Notes: generated by a model not told the origin, from the letters alone. A stretch of 64,000 bases of DNA from Chitinophagaceae bacterium (GCA_022843585.1 JALHNJ010000004.1:101869-165868), one strand, 5' to 3'; positions 46,675-56,601 are shown, numbered from the stretch's first letter. Program-made: numbers and translations.

Positions 46675-48054
46675 TTAATAGCCTGAGTTTTGAACAATAA
46701 TGCCGTTTGTTGCATCAACTTCACGCTGAGGAATTGGGAACACCAATTCATTCGCATTATATGCAAATCCGTCTACACTAAGTCTCAATCTTTTTACATC
46801 AGCAATAGCATGCCCTTCATGTGCCAACTCAAGTTTTCTTTCTAAAAGAATATCAGCAAGTGTTACTGCAAGTGCGGCAGGTAATCCTGCTCTTTGATGA
46901 GTACGATTGTAATCAGCAACAGGTGTTGCACCAACAACAGTACCAGCTCTAAAGTTTGCTTCTGCACGGGTAAGATACATTTCTGCTAAACGAATAATTG
47001 GCAAAACTCTATATTGTTGCTGCCATTTTCCGCTGCGTACATCGCCGGCACCAGTATAAAATAATGCTAACCTGGCATCTAAAGGATTATACAAAGCAAG
47101 ATGGCTTGGTTGTATTGACACATCGCCATCACGACCACCAAATGCAGGGATAGACCAATACAAATGCATATTGTTAGCACCATCTAAAGCACTTACCTGT
47201 ATTGCAAAAAGATATTCTGCAGAGTTAACAGTATTATTAAATGCTCCGGAATATGTAGGTGATAAGCTTCTGCCATTAGCTGTTGCTTCCGTAATAGCTC
47301 TATTCGCAGCATCTCTGGCAGCAGGGTAGTTCTCCATTTGTAAATGCACTCTTGATAGCATGGCTGCAGCCGCCGCTTTTGTTGCAAATACCATTCTTGT
47401 AGTGGCGTTTGAACCCGGATTTACAGATGGTAACAAACTTTCAGCTTCATTAAAGTCAGCCAGTATTTGAGTGTAGGTTTGTTCTACTGTACTTCTTGGA
47501 ACTTTAGATGATTCATCAATTCCTCTTGTTGGAGTTAAAACCAAAGGCACTCCAGGATTTGTAGTTACACTACCAGCACTATAGGGCTTTGCATATAGTT
47601 TCACGAGCTCAAAATAGGCAGAAGCCCTCAAATACAACGCCTCCCCTTTTATCCTATTCTGATCTGCGGGAGCTACAATACTGATGGCACTTAGTATGTT
47701 ATTGGCCCTGTTAATTACATCGTAGGCACTAGTCCATGTGTCCCTTACAAAACTATTAGTGGTGATCATTGTTTTTTGCCAAACTTCCTTAGGTTGGTTA
47801 AAAGTTCCTTCCCACCTGATTTCATCGTTAGCAGCAAGCAGCTCTGAATAGAGTAGTACGTTTCCCCCATATAGGTTGCCAGAAGAAATTCCGTCATAAG
47901 TGCCATTCAGTACTTTTTTTACATTCGCATCTGAGGTAAGAGCAACTTCCTCAGCTACACTTTGGTAAGGAAATAGCTCAATCTTTTTATCGCAGGAAGC
48001 GATAGAAAGAGAAAGTATAGATAAGATAATTATGTTACGTTTCATATTATTCAT
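46675..48054 (-). CDS. RagB/SusD family nutrient-binding outer-membrane lipoprotein
   Basis: Lipobox (LSIASC), a SusD-like TPR core (LRASAYFELVKLYA, EMYLTRAEA), and a position immediately downstream of a SusC-like gene. Confidence 0.9.
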   Translation of the reverse strand: MNNMKRNIIILSILSLSIASCDKKIELFPYQSVAEEVALTSDANVKKVLNGTYDGISSGNLYGGNVLLYSELLAANDEIRWEGTFNQPKEVWQKTMITTNSFVRDTWTSAYDVINRANNILSAISIVAPADQNRIKGEALYLRASAYFELVKLYAKPYSAGSVTTNPGVPLVLTPTRGIDESSKVPRSTVEQTYTQILADFNEAESLLPSVNPGSNATTRMVFATKAAAAAMLSRVHLQMENYPAARDAANRAITEATANGRSLSPTYSGAFNNTVNSAEYLFAIQVSALDGANNMHLYWSIPAFGGRDGDVSIQPSHLALYNPLDARLALFYTGAGDVRSGKWQQQYRVLPIIRLAEMYLTRAEANFRAGTVVGATPVADYNRTHQRAGLPAALAVTLADILLERKLELAHEGHAIADVKRLRLSVDGFAYNANELVFPIPQREVDATNGIIVQNSGY

Positions 48055-48062
48055 TTTTAAGA

Positions 48063-51000
48063 TTAAAATCCGAGGTTAATGCCAAAGGTTAATGACTTGA
48101 TTTGTGGAGCAGCATAAAAATCACTACCCTGGTTACGGTTACCTGCACGATAATCTGTATTAACTTCTGGATCCCACCCAGTATAATCAGTGAAAGTAGC
48201 CAGGTTAATTCCTGTAGCAAAAACTCTAGCTGAACGGATTTTTAATTTAGTAAGTACTGTTGAGGGGATGTTGTAGGCAAGTGTTACGTTTTTCAAGCGA
48301 ACGTATCCACCATTCTCAACGTAGCGGCTTGAGGCATTGATACCATTACCATAACCCAATCTAAGCTGAGGAACTTGTGTAACATCACCGGGTTTTTGCC
48401 ATCTATTTAATTGGTCGCTTGTTTGATTATCAAACCAATCGAAACTTGCTGACATAAAACCTCCGCCACCGTTTTGTATTTGATTGCCAAATACACCTTG
48501 GAATAATACGGCTAATTCAAGTCCTTTATAGCTGAATGTATTGTTTAAGCCACCAATCCAATCAGGATTAGGGTTTCCTACAATAAAAGGTGCTGCGTCA
48601 TTATAATCATTGGTAGTAGTTTTTCCATCTGCAAGATAATATAGGGCATCACCGTTGGCAGGGTCTGCACCTGCAAACTTAGGACCATAGAATACACCAA
48701 TAGCCTCTCCTACTAAAAGTGAATTCAAGAAACGGCCATCATTACCAGGTAAGATAGTTTGGTCACCATCAAGCTTTGTAATTTTATTAGAGTTCTTTGC
48801 CAGATTAAAATTCGTTGTCCAGGTAAAGCTCCTACTTTTAACGTTGGTAGAATTCAATACAAATTCAATCCCTTTATTCTGCATAGAACCTATATTCACT
48901 AACTGAGTAGTAAAACCAGATGTACCCGGTACAGGAACACTGTAAAGCAGGTCTTCAGTATTTCTAACATAGTAATCAATCTCACCGCTTATACGATTGT
49001 TCCACAAACCGAAATCTATACCGATATCTAATTGCTTATTCTTTTCCCAGGAAAGATCCGGGTTTGGCAATTGAGTTGGTATTAGACCTGATTGATTATT
49101 ATACTTACCGGCACCAAATAATCCTAATTGGCTAAAATTACCAATCTGGTCGTTACCATTTACACCATAACTACCCCTGATTTTAAGGAAGCTGATAAGG
49201 TTAGATGAAGAAAGAAATTTTTCTTCACTTAATACCCAACCGGCAGAAACCGCTGGGAATAAACCATAACGATTGTTCTTACCAAATTTGGAAGACCCGT
49301 CTGCACGAACACTTACAGAGAATAAATACCTATTATTGAATTTATAGTTAGCTCGTCCAAAATAAGATACGATAGCAGACTCTGTTTTAGTAGTACTACC
49401 ACCAGTTATACGACCGGCACTTGCAAGTGTCTGTAAATCTTCAACGGGGAAATCTTCACCAAACACTCTAGAAAAATCTTGTGTGAATTTTTGATAAGAC
49501 ATACCAAGCGTAGCATCAATGTCATGCTTCTGAGCAAACGTTTTGGTATAGCTGAAATAATTGTTCGTATTCGTTGTAAAATTTCTGAACCAATCAGATT
49601 GGCCATAACCATTTGTAGCAAGACCTGTCAGGGTTCTAAATCCTCTGAATAATACATCGTTTTGATTTTGAATATCTGCCCCAAATTCCGATCTGAAAGT
49701 AAGTGCTTTCGTAAACTTATAAGCTAGATATACATTACCGATATTTCTAAATGTAGTTGACTTATATGTGGAGTTCTCCGTTTCAATCAACCCATTATAA
49801 TAAGTAGTTGTTGGTGTATTATATAAAACACCATTTAAATCCCGAATAGGTGTAATTGGAGCTAATGCTACTAATTGCATTGGAGTTTGAAAAGCATTAT
49901 CCAGGTTGTTTCTATTACCAACTGTACGGGATACACCAAGATTAATTCCAATTTTTACCTTATCACTTGCATCATGCTCCAGGTTAAAACGTGTTGATAT
50001 ACGTTCAAAATTATTAAGAATCAAGATACCATCAACATCATTAAATCCTCCACTGATATAAAATTTAGTTTTATCATTTCCACCCGATGCAGTTATATCA
50101 ACCATCTTAGTATTTGCATCCGGGTTAAAGGCTTCTTTTTGCCAATCTGTGTTTGTTTCTAAATTCCTCCAGTTTGAATAACCGGAATAACGGGTAAGCC
50201 TGTTTTCCGCAAATTGCAACCATGAACCTGCATATTGAGCAGGATCTAATGGATCAACCCCTTCTATAATATCACTATTTATTGCAGCTTCTCTTAATAG
50301 ATCTACATATTGTCTTGCATCTAAAAAGCTTCTATAACCAGTTGGTTTATTAGAACCATATTGAAGATTTACTCCAAGATTTGTTCTTCCAGCACGGCCT
50401 TTTTTTGTAGTAATGAGCACAACACCACCGGCAGCACGGGAACCGTAAATGGATGCAGCAGACGCATCTTTTAATATGTCGAAAGTTTCAATATCATTGA
50501 AATTAAGATCTGCTAACGCATTACCAGAAAGACCATCTGTATTAATCGGAATTCCATCAACAACATATAAAGGATCGTTACCTGCAGTTAATGAACCACC
50601 ACCTCTGATTCTAACTTTTACTCCTTCACCCACTTTACCATTATTAGCTTCTACAAATACACCCGCAGCTCTTCCTTGAATAGCCTGTGTAAAATTCGTT
50701 ACCGGTGTATTTGCAACCTCCGAACCTTTGATCCTGGCGATATTACCTGTCAAATCTTTTTTAATCCTACCTCCATAACCTGTTACAATTACCTCATCCA
50801 GATTACGAGATTCACTGGCTTTCATGGAAACCTGAACAGAAGATCCTTCAATGGACACATCCTGTGCCTCAAAGCCAACCCCTGTAACCAGTAATTTTTT
50901 TGTATCAGCAGGAACTGAAAGTGAAAAAGAACCATCGGCTCCTGATACTGTACCAGTGCGGGTTCCTTTTGCTACAATGGAAGCTCCTACAATCGGAGAT

Positions 51001-51116
51001 CCATCTCTTGAATCAGTAACTTTACCCGTTACCGTTTTGTTTTGCGCCCATAATTGTTGAGTTAGCAGCAAAATGCTACTCAATAAGAGCAGTTTAAGTT
51101 TTCTCATGTGTTTCAT
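48063..51116 (-). CDS. SusC/RagA family TonB-linked outer-membrane protein
   Basis: Signal peptide, a CarboxypepD_reg-like domain (VTGKVTDSRDGSPIVGASI), a plug (EVIVTGYG, DILKDASAASIYGSRAAGGVVLITTKKG), a beta-barrel, and a terminal aromatic residue (INLGF). The start is set at the ATG at 51116 (MKHMRKLKLLLL), because the track start at 51185 lies inside a terminator hairpin. Confidence 0.92.
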   Translation of the reverse strand: MKHMRKLKLLLLSSILLLTQQLWAQNKTVTGKVTDSRDGSPIVGASIVAKGTRTGTVSGADGSFSLSVPADTKKLLVTGVGFEAQDVSIEGSSVQVSMKASESRNLDEVIVTGYGGRIKKDLTGNIARIKGSEVANTPVTNFTQAIQGRAAGVFVEANNGKVGEGVKVRIRGGGSLTAGNDPLYVVDGIPINTDGLSGNALADLNFNDIETFDILKDASAASIYGSRAAGGVVLITTKKGRAGRTNLGVNLQYGSNKPTGYRSFLDARQYVDLLREAAINSDIIEGVDPLDPAQYAGSWLQFAENRLTRYSGYSNWRNLETNTDWQKEAFNPDANTKMVDITASGGNDKTKFYISGGFNDVDGILILNNFERISTRFNLEHDASDKVKIGINLGVSRTVGNRNNLDNAFQTPMQLVALAPITPIRDLNGVLYNTPTTTYYNGLIETENSTYKSTTFRNIGNVYLAYKFTKALTFRSEFGADIQNQNDVLFRGFRTLTGLATNGYGQSDWFRNFTTNTNNYFSYTKTFAQKHDIDATLGMSYQKFTQDFSRVFGEDFPVEDLQTLASAGRITGGSTTKTESAIVSYFGRANYKFNNRYLFSVSVRADGSSKFGKNNRYGLFPAVSAGWVLSEEKFLSSSNLISFLKIRGSYGVNGNDQIGNFSQLGLFGAGKYNNQSGLIPTQLPNPDLSWEKNKQLDIGIDFGLWNNRISGEIDYYVRNTEDLLYSVPVPGTSGFTTQLVNIGSMQNKGIEFVLNSTNVKSRSFTWTTNFNLAKNSNKITKLDGDQTILPGNDGRFLNSLLVGEAIGVFYGPKFAGADPANGDALYYLADGKTTTNDYNDAAPFIVGNPNPDWIGGLNNTFSYKGLELAVLFQGVFGNQIQNGGGGFMSASFDWFDNQTSDQLNRWQKPGDVTQVPQLRLGYGNGINASSRYVENGGYVRLKNVTLAYNIPSTVLTKLKIRSARVFATGINLATFTDYTGWDPEVNTDYRAGNRNQGSDFYAAPQIKSLTFGINLGF

Positions 51117-51134
51117 TTTAGTTAAGCTAGTCCG

Positions 51135-51142
51135 CAAATATA
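51135..51142 (-). promoter_or_regulatory. Candidate -7 promoter element (TAtaTTTG) upstream of the susC-like gene
   Basis: The reverse complement of caaatata is TATATTTG. It ends 18 nt upstream of the ATG at 51116. Confidence 0.4.
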
Positions 51143-51173
51143 TTGTTAACAAATCTTTACCAATCAATAGGAC

Positions 51174-51212
51174 AAAAAAAAACATGCAAATTGCTGCATG
51201 TCTTTTTTTTTT
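51174..51212. terminator. Bidirectional intrinsic terminator downstream of the Zn-metallopeptidase gene
   Basis: 7-bp stem acatgca/tgcatgt with a 6-nt loop, flanked by A8 on one side and T10 on the other. Confidence 0.6.
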
Positions 51213-51233
51213 GATTTAAATCAAATCGTAATA

Positions 51234-51926
51234 TTATCTGTCCCTACTACCCAAATATATCATAATGTATTGAATTAGAGTAACTACTGCAGCTAGTGCA
51301 GCCACAACATAAGTAGTTGCTGCCCATTTAAGGGCATCCTTAGCCTTAGGATATTCTTCAGAATTTGTGGCATTGGTGTTGTCAAGCCAGGCCAAAGCTC
51401 TTTTACTGGCATCAAACTCTACAGGTAAAGTAACTAATGTAAATAAAACTGTTACACTCATTATTATAATACCAATCAACAAAACTGTAGGATTTTGGGT
51501 GCTTGCCAATACAATTATACCGGCCAGTAAAATCCAGTTTACAAGCATGGAACTCATTTGAACAGCCGGCACCAGTTTACTTCTAAACATTAACGGGCCA
51601 TAAGAGGTAGCATGTTGAACAGCATGGCCACATTCATGTGCAGCCACGGCTGCCGCTGAAACACTGGCTCCATTATATACATCGCTGCTTAAATTAACTG
51701 TCTTATTTGTTGGGTTATAGTGGTCAGTCAAAAAGCCCTCTACAGATATAACTTTTACATCATAAATGCCACTTTCCCGGAGCATTTTTTCGGCTATTTC
51801 CTTGCCTGTCATTCCGTTACTAAGGGGTACTTTGCTATATTTCGTAAACTTACTTTTTAGTATAGCTGAAACCAGAAAGCTTATACCCAAAAAGACCAAA
51901 GAGACGATCATTATTTCACTAGTCAT
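51234..51926 (-). CDS. Membrane zinc metallopeptidase (YugP-like)
   Basis: An N-terminal TM helix, the HECGHAVQH zinc motif, and two C-terminal TM helices. 230 aa. Confidence 0.8.
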   Translation of the reverse strand: MTSEIMIVSLVFLGISFLVSAILKSKFTKYSKVPLSNGMTGKEIAEKMLRESGIYDVKVISVEGFLTDHYNPTNKTVNLSSDVYNGASVSAAAVAAHECGHAVQHATSYGPLMFRSKLVPAVQMSSMLVNWILLAGIIVLASTQNPTVLLIGIIIMSVTVLFTLVTLPVEFDASKRALAWLDNTNATNSEEYPKAKDALKWAATTYVVAALAAVVTLIQYIMIYLGSRDR

Positions 51927-52228
51927 GTCAATTTTTTTTTATAATTATATCAAATTTACTACCATTCCGGCAAAGCATTTTTTTTCAGACGTTTTGTCAT
52001 TCGTTGAGACTCAGTAAAATAATAAATTAAATCAAATGGTTTTCATTTTTTAAATTTTTACTAATTTAAGTAATTGATATTCATTGATTTAAATAATATT
52101 TTTTAACTGCTTAGATCAATGTAAATCACAGTGATATACTCACGGAAGTTATGCACAGCAGCAAAAATTTATTTTGAAATGTGGGTCTTAATTGTAACTT
52201 AGCAATAGAATTTAATGGGTTAGTAAGT

Positions 52229-52266
52229 AAAAGGGTCAATCGAAAGGTTGATCCTTTTTACTTTCA
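52229..52266 (+). terminator. Orphan terminator-like hairpin in the AT-rich spacer upstream of radA
   Basis: The sequence is aaaagggtcaa-tcgaaagg-ttgatcctttt, an 11-bp stem with one G-U pair, followed by tactttc. No annotated gene ends here on either strand. Confidence 0.45.
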
Positions 52267-52404
52267 AATAAGCTCCAAATTTTCATCTTCATTACCTCAA
52301 TTTTTTTTTCAAAAATTTCCAAAAAACAACGTTCATTGTTTCATTGTAATTGTTTGTACTATAAACCTTTTATCAAACACATTGCAATCATTTAATTTTA
52401 TTGA

Positions 52405-53778
52405 ATGAGTAAAATAAAGACTTCGTTTTTTTGTCAGAACTGCGGACACGAAACCGTGAAATGGGTAGGTCAATGTCCCTCGTGTGGCCAGTGGAATACA
52501 TTTGTTGAGGAACTGGTTCAAAAAGATAAAGGAAAGAATGATAACGGTTGGAAAGATTACAACGATGATAAAAGAACAAGTAAAACAATTGCCTTACACG
52601 AAATAAAAAATAGGGAAGAAAGAAGATTGCCTACATCTGATGCAGAATTAAACCGTGTGTTAGGCGGTGGTATTGTTCCGGGAAGTTTAGTGTTAGTAGC
52701 TGGCGAACCCGGCATCGGAAAGTCAACTCTATTTTTACAAAACGGATTATGGTTAAAAGATATTTCCGTTTTATATATAAGCGGTGAAGAAAGTGAGCAG
52801 CAAATAAAAATGCGGGCCGATAGATTAGGATTGAAAAATGACAACTTCTATTTGTTAACTGAAACATCTACTCAAACTATTTTCCAGGAAATAAAAAAAC
52901 TAAAACCGCAATTAGTAATTGTTGACTCCATACAAACATTACAAACTCCTTTTATTGATTCTTCTCCGGGTAGTGTTTCTCAAATAAGAGAATGTGCTGC
53001 CGAATTTCAACGTTTTGCTAAAGAAACTAATACTCCTGTATTTCTCATTGGTCATATTACAAAAGATGGAAGTATAGCAGGGCCTAAAATATTAGAACAT
53101 ATGGTGGATACGGTCCTGCAGTTTGAAGGCGATCGCCATTATGCGTATCGCATTTTAAGAACATTAAAAAATCGCTTTGGCAGTACGGCAGAATTGGGGA
53201 TTTATGAAATGACGGATACCGGTATGCGTGGCGTACTAAACCCAAGTGAAATTCTTATCACACAAAAAGAAGATCAGTTAAGTGGGATTGCCATTGCAGC
53301 AACTATTGAAGGGATGCGGCCTTTATTAATAGAAACGCAGGCATTAGTTACACAATCCGTATATGGCACACCGCAACGTACTGTTACCGGTTTTGACTTA
53401 CGCCGATTACAACTACTGTTAGCTGTATTAGAAAAAAGAGGCGGTTTCCATTTTGGGATGAAGGATGTTTTTTTAAATATTGCCGGCGGTATAAAAGTAG
53501 AAGATCCCTCTATTGATTTAGCGGTCCTTTGTTCTTTATTATCATCTTATGAAGATGTGCCATTGCCACAGCAGGTTTGTTTTGCCGGAGAGATTGGTCT
53601 TAGTGGTGAGATAAGAGCTGTTAATCGTATTGATCAAAGAATTGCTGAAGCCGAAAAATTAGGTTTTGAGAAAATAATTGTTTCCAAATACAACCAGAAA
53701 GGATTAAGCAAACAAAAGTTTAATATTGAAGTAGTGATGATGGGAAGAGTGGAAGAAGTTTACCGATACTTATTTTGA
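52405..53778 (+). CDS. radA: DNA repair protein RadA
   Basis: N-terminal C4 zinc finger (CQNCGHE...CPSCGQW), Walker A (GEPGIGKST), the KNRFG motif, and a Lon-like C-terminal domain. Confidence 0.95.
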   Translation: MSKIKTSFFCQNCGHETVKWVGQCPSCGQWNTFVEELVQKDKGKNDNGWKDYNDDKRTSKTIALHEIKNREERRLPTSDAELNRVLGGGIVPGSLVLVAGEPGIGKSTLFLQNGLWLKDISVLYISGEESEQQIKMRADRLGLKNDNFYLLTETSTQTIFQEIKKLKPQLVIVDSIQTLQTPFIDSSPGSVSQIRECAAEFQRFAKETNTPVFLIGHITKDGSIAGPKILEHMVDTVLQFEGDRHYAYRILRTLKNRFGSTAELGIYEMTDTGMRGVLNPSEILITQKEDQLSGIAIAATIEGMRPLLIETQALVTQSVYGTPQRTVTGFDLRRLQLLLAVLEKRGGFHFGMKDVFLNIAGGIKVEDPSIDLAVLCSLLSSYEDVPLPQQVCFAGEIGLSGEIRAVNRIDQRIAEAEKLGFEKIIVSKYNQKGLSKQKFNIEVVMMGRVEEVYRYLF

Positions 53779-54476
53779 TGATAAGCATTAAAGAAATAAA
53801 AGACTCCGTTCTGCATCTTCTTTTTCCGCATGTATGTGCCGGATGTGGCAGCGATATACTCAGCGAAAGCAGTGTATTATGTATGCGCTGTATAGATGCA
53901 ATGCCAGAAACCAATTTTGAATTACATGCCGGCAATCCCGTAGAAAAATTATTCTGGGGCAGAATACCATTGACCACAGGTACGGCACAATTTTATTTTA
54001 CCAAAGAATCACTGATGCAGCACCTGATGCATCAGTTTAAATATAAAGGCAATAAAGAGCTTGGATTACAACTGGGAAGGTTAATGGGCGAGCAATTAAT
54101 AAAATCGGGCAACTATAATGCAGATGCCCTGGTTCCGTTACCACTTTTCCCGGCCAAAGAAAAAAGAAGAGGATATAATCAAGCCACCATACTATGTAAA
54201 GGAATGAGCGAAGTAATGAATATTCCTGTTTTAGACAAAGTAGTTACCCGACCTGAGCATACAGAAACACAAACAAAAAAAGGGAGAATTGAAAGATGGA
54301 AGAATGTAGAAGGAAAGTTTATAGTTACGGATGCCAATGCAATACAAAATAAACACCTCTTGCTTGTTGATGATGTTGTAACAACTGGTGCCACCTTAGA
54401 AGCTTGTGGCATGGTATTATTAAATGCCGAAAATGTAAAACTAAGTATTGCCGCATTATGTGTATCGAATCGGTAA
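53778..54476 (+). CDS. comF: ComF family protein (phosphoribosyltransferase domain)
   Basis: An N-terminal Cys4 cluster (C.GCG...C..C) and a C-terminal PRTase motif (LLLVDDVVTTGATL). The ATG at 53778 overlaps the radA TGA (TGATG). Confidence 0.8.
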   Translation: MISIKEIKDSVLHLLFPHVCAGCGSDILSESSVLCMRCIDAMPETNFELHAGNPVEKLFWGRIPLTTGTAQFYFTKESLMQHLMHQFKYKGNKELGLQLGRLMGEQLIKSGNYNADALVPLPLFPAKEKRRGYNQATILCKGMSEVMNIPVLDKVVTRPEHTETQTKKGRIERWKNVEGKFIVTDANAIQNKHLLLVDDVVTTGATLEACGMVLLNAENVKLSIAALCVSNR

Positions 54477-54492
54477 TTTCAATTAGTTAAGC

Positions 54493-54500
54493 TATTTTTG
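54493..54500 (+). promoter_or_regulatory. Candidate -7 promoter element (TAttTTTG) 6 nt upstream of the ATG at 54507
   Basis: Exact TAnnTTTG match. Its spacing to the ATG implies a leaderless or near-leaderless transcript if it is functional. Confidence 0.3.
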
Positions 54501-54506
54501 ATACCA

Positions 54507-55892
54507 ATGAAAATAACAGGACTATTAACCCTATCCTTACTGATTATTTTATATTCCTGCCGCAAGGATAGTTTTATTACTTCCGCAGATGCTAGGGTTA
54601 CTATTTCTGCTGACACCTTAAAATACGATACGGTATTTGTAACTACAGGTTCTACTTACCGTACTTTCAAAATTATTAACGAGAATAATCAAAAGCTGCT
54701 GTTATCATCAATTAAATTAATGGGCGGACCTTCTTCAATATTTAAAATGAATGTAGATGGCATTGCTGGTACACAATTCAATAATATTGAAATTAATGCA
54801 AATGACAGTGTATATGTTTTTGTACAAGTAAATGTAAATCCCAACGCAGCTAACTTACCTTTTGTATTAAGAGATAGTGTAGAAGTAGAATACAATGGGA
54901 ATAAAAAGCTGGTACAACTAGAAGCATGGGGGCAGAATGCACATTTCTTTAGAGATAAAGTAATTAATGCCAGTGAAACATGGAATAACGATTTGCCCTA
55001 TGTTATTCTGGGTTCATTATTCGTAAACACCAATCAAACACTTACCATCAATCAAGGCTGCCGCATTTATGTTCATGCCGATGCGCCGATAGTCGTGAAC
55101 GGAACTTTAGTAGTGAATGGATTAAAAGATACGGTTGACAGAGTTTATTTCCAGGGTGATAGATTAGATGAACCCTATAAAGATTTTCCTGCCAGCTGGC
55201 CCGGTATTTTCTTTCAAGCCAGTTCAAAAGATAATGTGCTTACCTATACCGTAATAAAAAATGCTTTCCAGGCAATTGGCATTACGGACCCATCGCCAAA
55301 TGCCAATCCAAAATTGGTGCTGAATGAATGTGTAATAAATAATGCATATGATGCTGGTATCATTTCTATTAACTCAAGCATAAGAGCAAGAAACTGTTTA
55401 ATAACTAATTGCGGAAAGAATCTTTATTTAGCAAAGGGTGGTGATTACCAATTTACACATTGCACTATTGCTACTTATGCCAGCAGCTTTATTGAACATA
55501 AAGACCCGGTACTCACCATTACCAATTTTGCGAATAACACATCAGAAAACCTCACAGCAGTTTTTCGCAATTGCATTTTCTGGGGCGAAAATGGGTTGGT
55601 TGATGACGAAGTAGTGGTACTAAAAAATGGTAACACTGCCTTTAATGTAAACTTCGATTATAACCTTTGGAAAGTACAAACTGTGCCTCAAAATATCACG
55701 AGCAACCAAATAATAAATAATCAGGCTCCACTGTTCGACAGTATTAACACTTCAAGATATTATTATGATTTCAGGCTTCAAACCGGTTCTCCGGCAATTA
55801 ATAAAGGCGTAAATGCCGGAGTTATAACCGACTTAGACGGCAAACCCCGGGCAGTTGGTATACCTGATTTGGGTTGCTTTGAAAAACAATAA
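54507..55892 (+). CDS. Lipoprotein of unknown function, possibly beta-helix fold
   Basis: Lipobox (LIILYSC), an N-terminal Ig-like segment, then repeated short beta-strand patterns (N.A.DAGI.S.NS, N.C..N) and a C-terminal DLGCFE motif like those seen in parallel beta-helix proteins. The fold call is weak. Confidence 0.55.
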   Translation: MKITGLLTLSLLIILYSCRKDSFITSADARVTISADTLKYDTVFVTTGSTYRTFKIINENNQKLLLSSIKLMGGPSSIFKMNVDGIAGTQFNNIEINANDSVYVFVQVNVNPNAANLPFVLRDSVEVEYNGNKKLVQLEAWGQNAHFFRDKVINASETWNNDLPYVILGSLFVNTNQTLTINQGCRIYVHADAPIVVNGTLVVNGLKDTVDRVYFQGDRLDEPYKDFPASWPGIFFQASSKDNVLTYTVIKNAFQAIGITDPSPNANPKLVLNECVINNAYDAGIISINSSIRARNCLITNCGKNLYLAKGGDYQFTHCTIATYASSFIEHKDPVLTITNFANNTSENLTAVFRNCIFWGENGLVDDEVVVLKNGNTAFNVNFDYNLWKVQTVPQNITSNQIINNQAPLFDSINTSRYYYDFRLQTGSPAINKGVNAGVITDLDGKPRAVGIPDLGCFEKQ

Positions 55893-55947
55893 GAACCAAA
55901 GACGAGCCAATTAAAATAAATAACATCCGAATAGAACAAGGTTGGTT

Positions 55948-55955
55948 TAACTTTG
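55948..55955 (+). promoter_or_regulatory. Candidate -7 promoter element (TAacTTTG) upstream of the glutathione peroxidase gene
   Basis: Exact TAnnTTTG match 28 nt upstream of the ATG at 55984. Confidence 0.35.
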
Positions 55956-55983
55956 TTATTCCTCTTAAATAAAATACTCAAAC

Positions 55984-56505
55984 ATGAAATCTCTTTTTGT
56001 TGCGCTGATATTTGCTGCTACCACATTAACGGGGGGGTCAATTTATGATTTTAAAGTTCCCGGCCTAGAAGGTTCTGACATTGATTTTTCTCAATACAAA
56101 GGGAAAAAAATAATGATTGTAAATACAGCTTCTAAATGTGGACTTACTCCTCAATATGAAGGATTGGAGCAACTATATAAAAAGTATAAAGACAAATTAG
56201 TCATCATTGGTTTTCCGGCAAATAATTTTAACGGTCAAGAGCCATTAGAAAATGCCGGCATCAAAGAATTCTGCAAACAAAATTATGGTGTTACATTCCC
56301 GATGGCAGAGAAAATTTCTGTAAAAGGCGATGATACACATAGTCTTTATAAATATTTAAAAGAACAGGCAGCAGCTAACGGTTTTGCAGACCCTGTTACC
56401 TGGAATTTTGGTAAATTTCTGATCAATGAAAAAGGAGAGTTAATTGCAACCTTCAGCCCGAGAACAGTGCCGATGAGTGATGAAATTACCAAATATCTAA
56501 ACTAA
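55984..56505 (+). CDS. Glutathione peroxidase (Cys type), secreted
   Basis: NTASKCGLTPQY active-site motif, FPANNFNGQEP and WNFGKFLI motifs, plus an N-terminal signal peptide. Confidence 0.9.
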   Translation: MKSLFVALIFAATTLTGGSIYDFKVPGLEGSDIDFSQYKGKKIMIVNTASKCGLTPQYEGLEQLYKKYKDKLVIIGFPANNFNGQEPLENAGIKEFCKQNYGVTFPMAEKISVKGDDTHSLYKYLKEQAAANGFADPVTWNFGKFLINEKGELIATFSPRTVPMSDEITKYLN

Positions 56506-56539
56506 TATTACCGCATTCCATTTAAATAAATTATTTATA

Positions 56540-56573
56540 AAAAGCGATACAGAATTAACTGTATCGCTTTTTT
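56540..56573 (+). terminator. Intrinsic terminator after the glutathione peroxidase gene
   Basis: 13-bp perfect stem aaaagcgatacag / ctgtatcgctttt with a 6-nt loop, running into a T-tract. Confidence 0.8.
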
Positions 56574-56587
56574 ATTTTCAGATGGTT

Positions 56588-56595
56588 TACTTTTG
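56588..56595 (+). promoter_or_regulatory. Candidate -7 promoter element (TActTTTG) 6 nt upstream of the holB ATG
   Basis: Exact TAnnTTTG match. Its spacing to the ATG at 56602 implies a near-leaderless transcript if it is functional. Confidence 0.3.
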
Positions 56596-56601
56596 CCTTC
56601 C

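Noticed and set aside
51117-51185. The N-terminal extension of the SusC ORF as listed in the track, and similar extensions at gatB (4039-4065), the GGCT gene (15197-15277), purH (30322-30426) and MscS (12558-12623).
   Set aside because: The extensions run through a terminator hairpin, low-complexity upstream DNA, or the 3' end of the neighbouring gene. In each case an internal ATG gives the canonical N-terminus or signal peptide.
52181-52408. A 75-aa + strand ORF in the radA upstream spacer.
   Set aside because: It has low-complexity Phe/Ser/Asn-rich translation, reads straight through the terminator-like hairpin at 52229-52258, and overlaps the radA start. The region is more plausibly non-coding.
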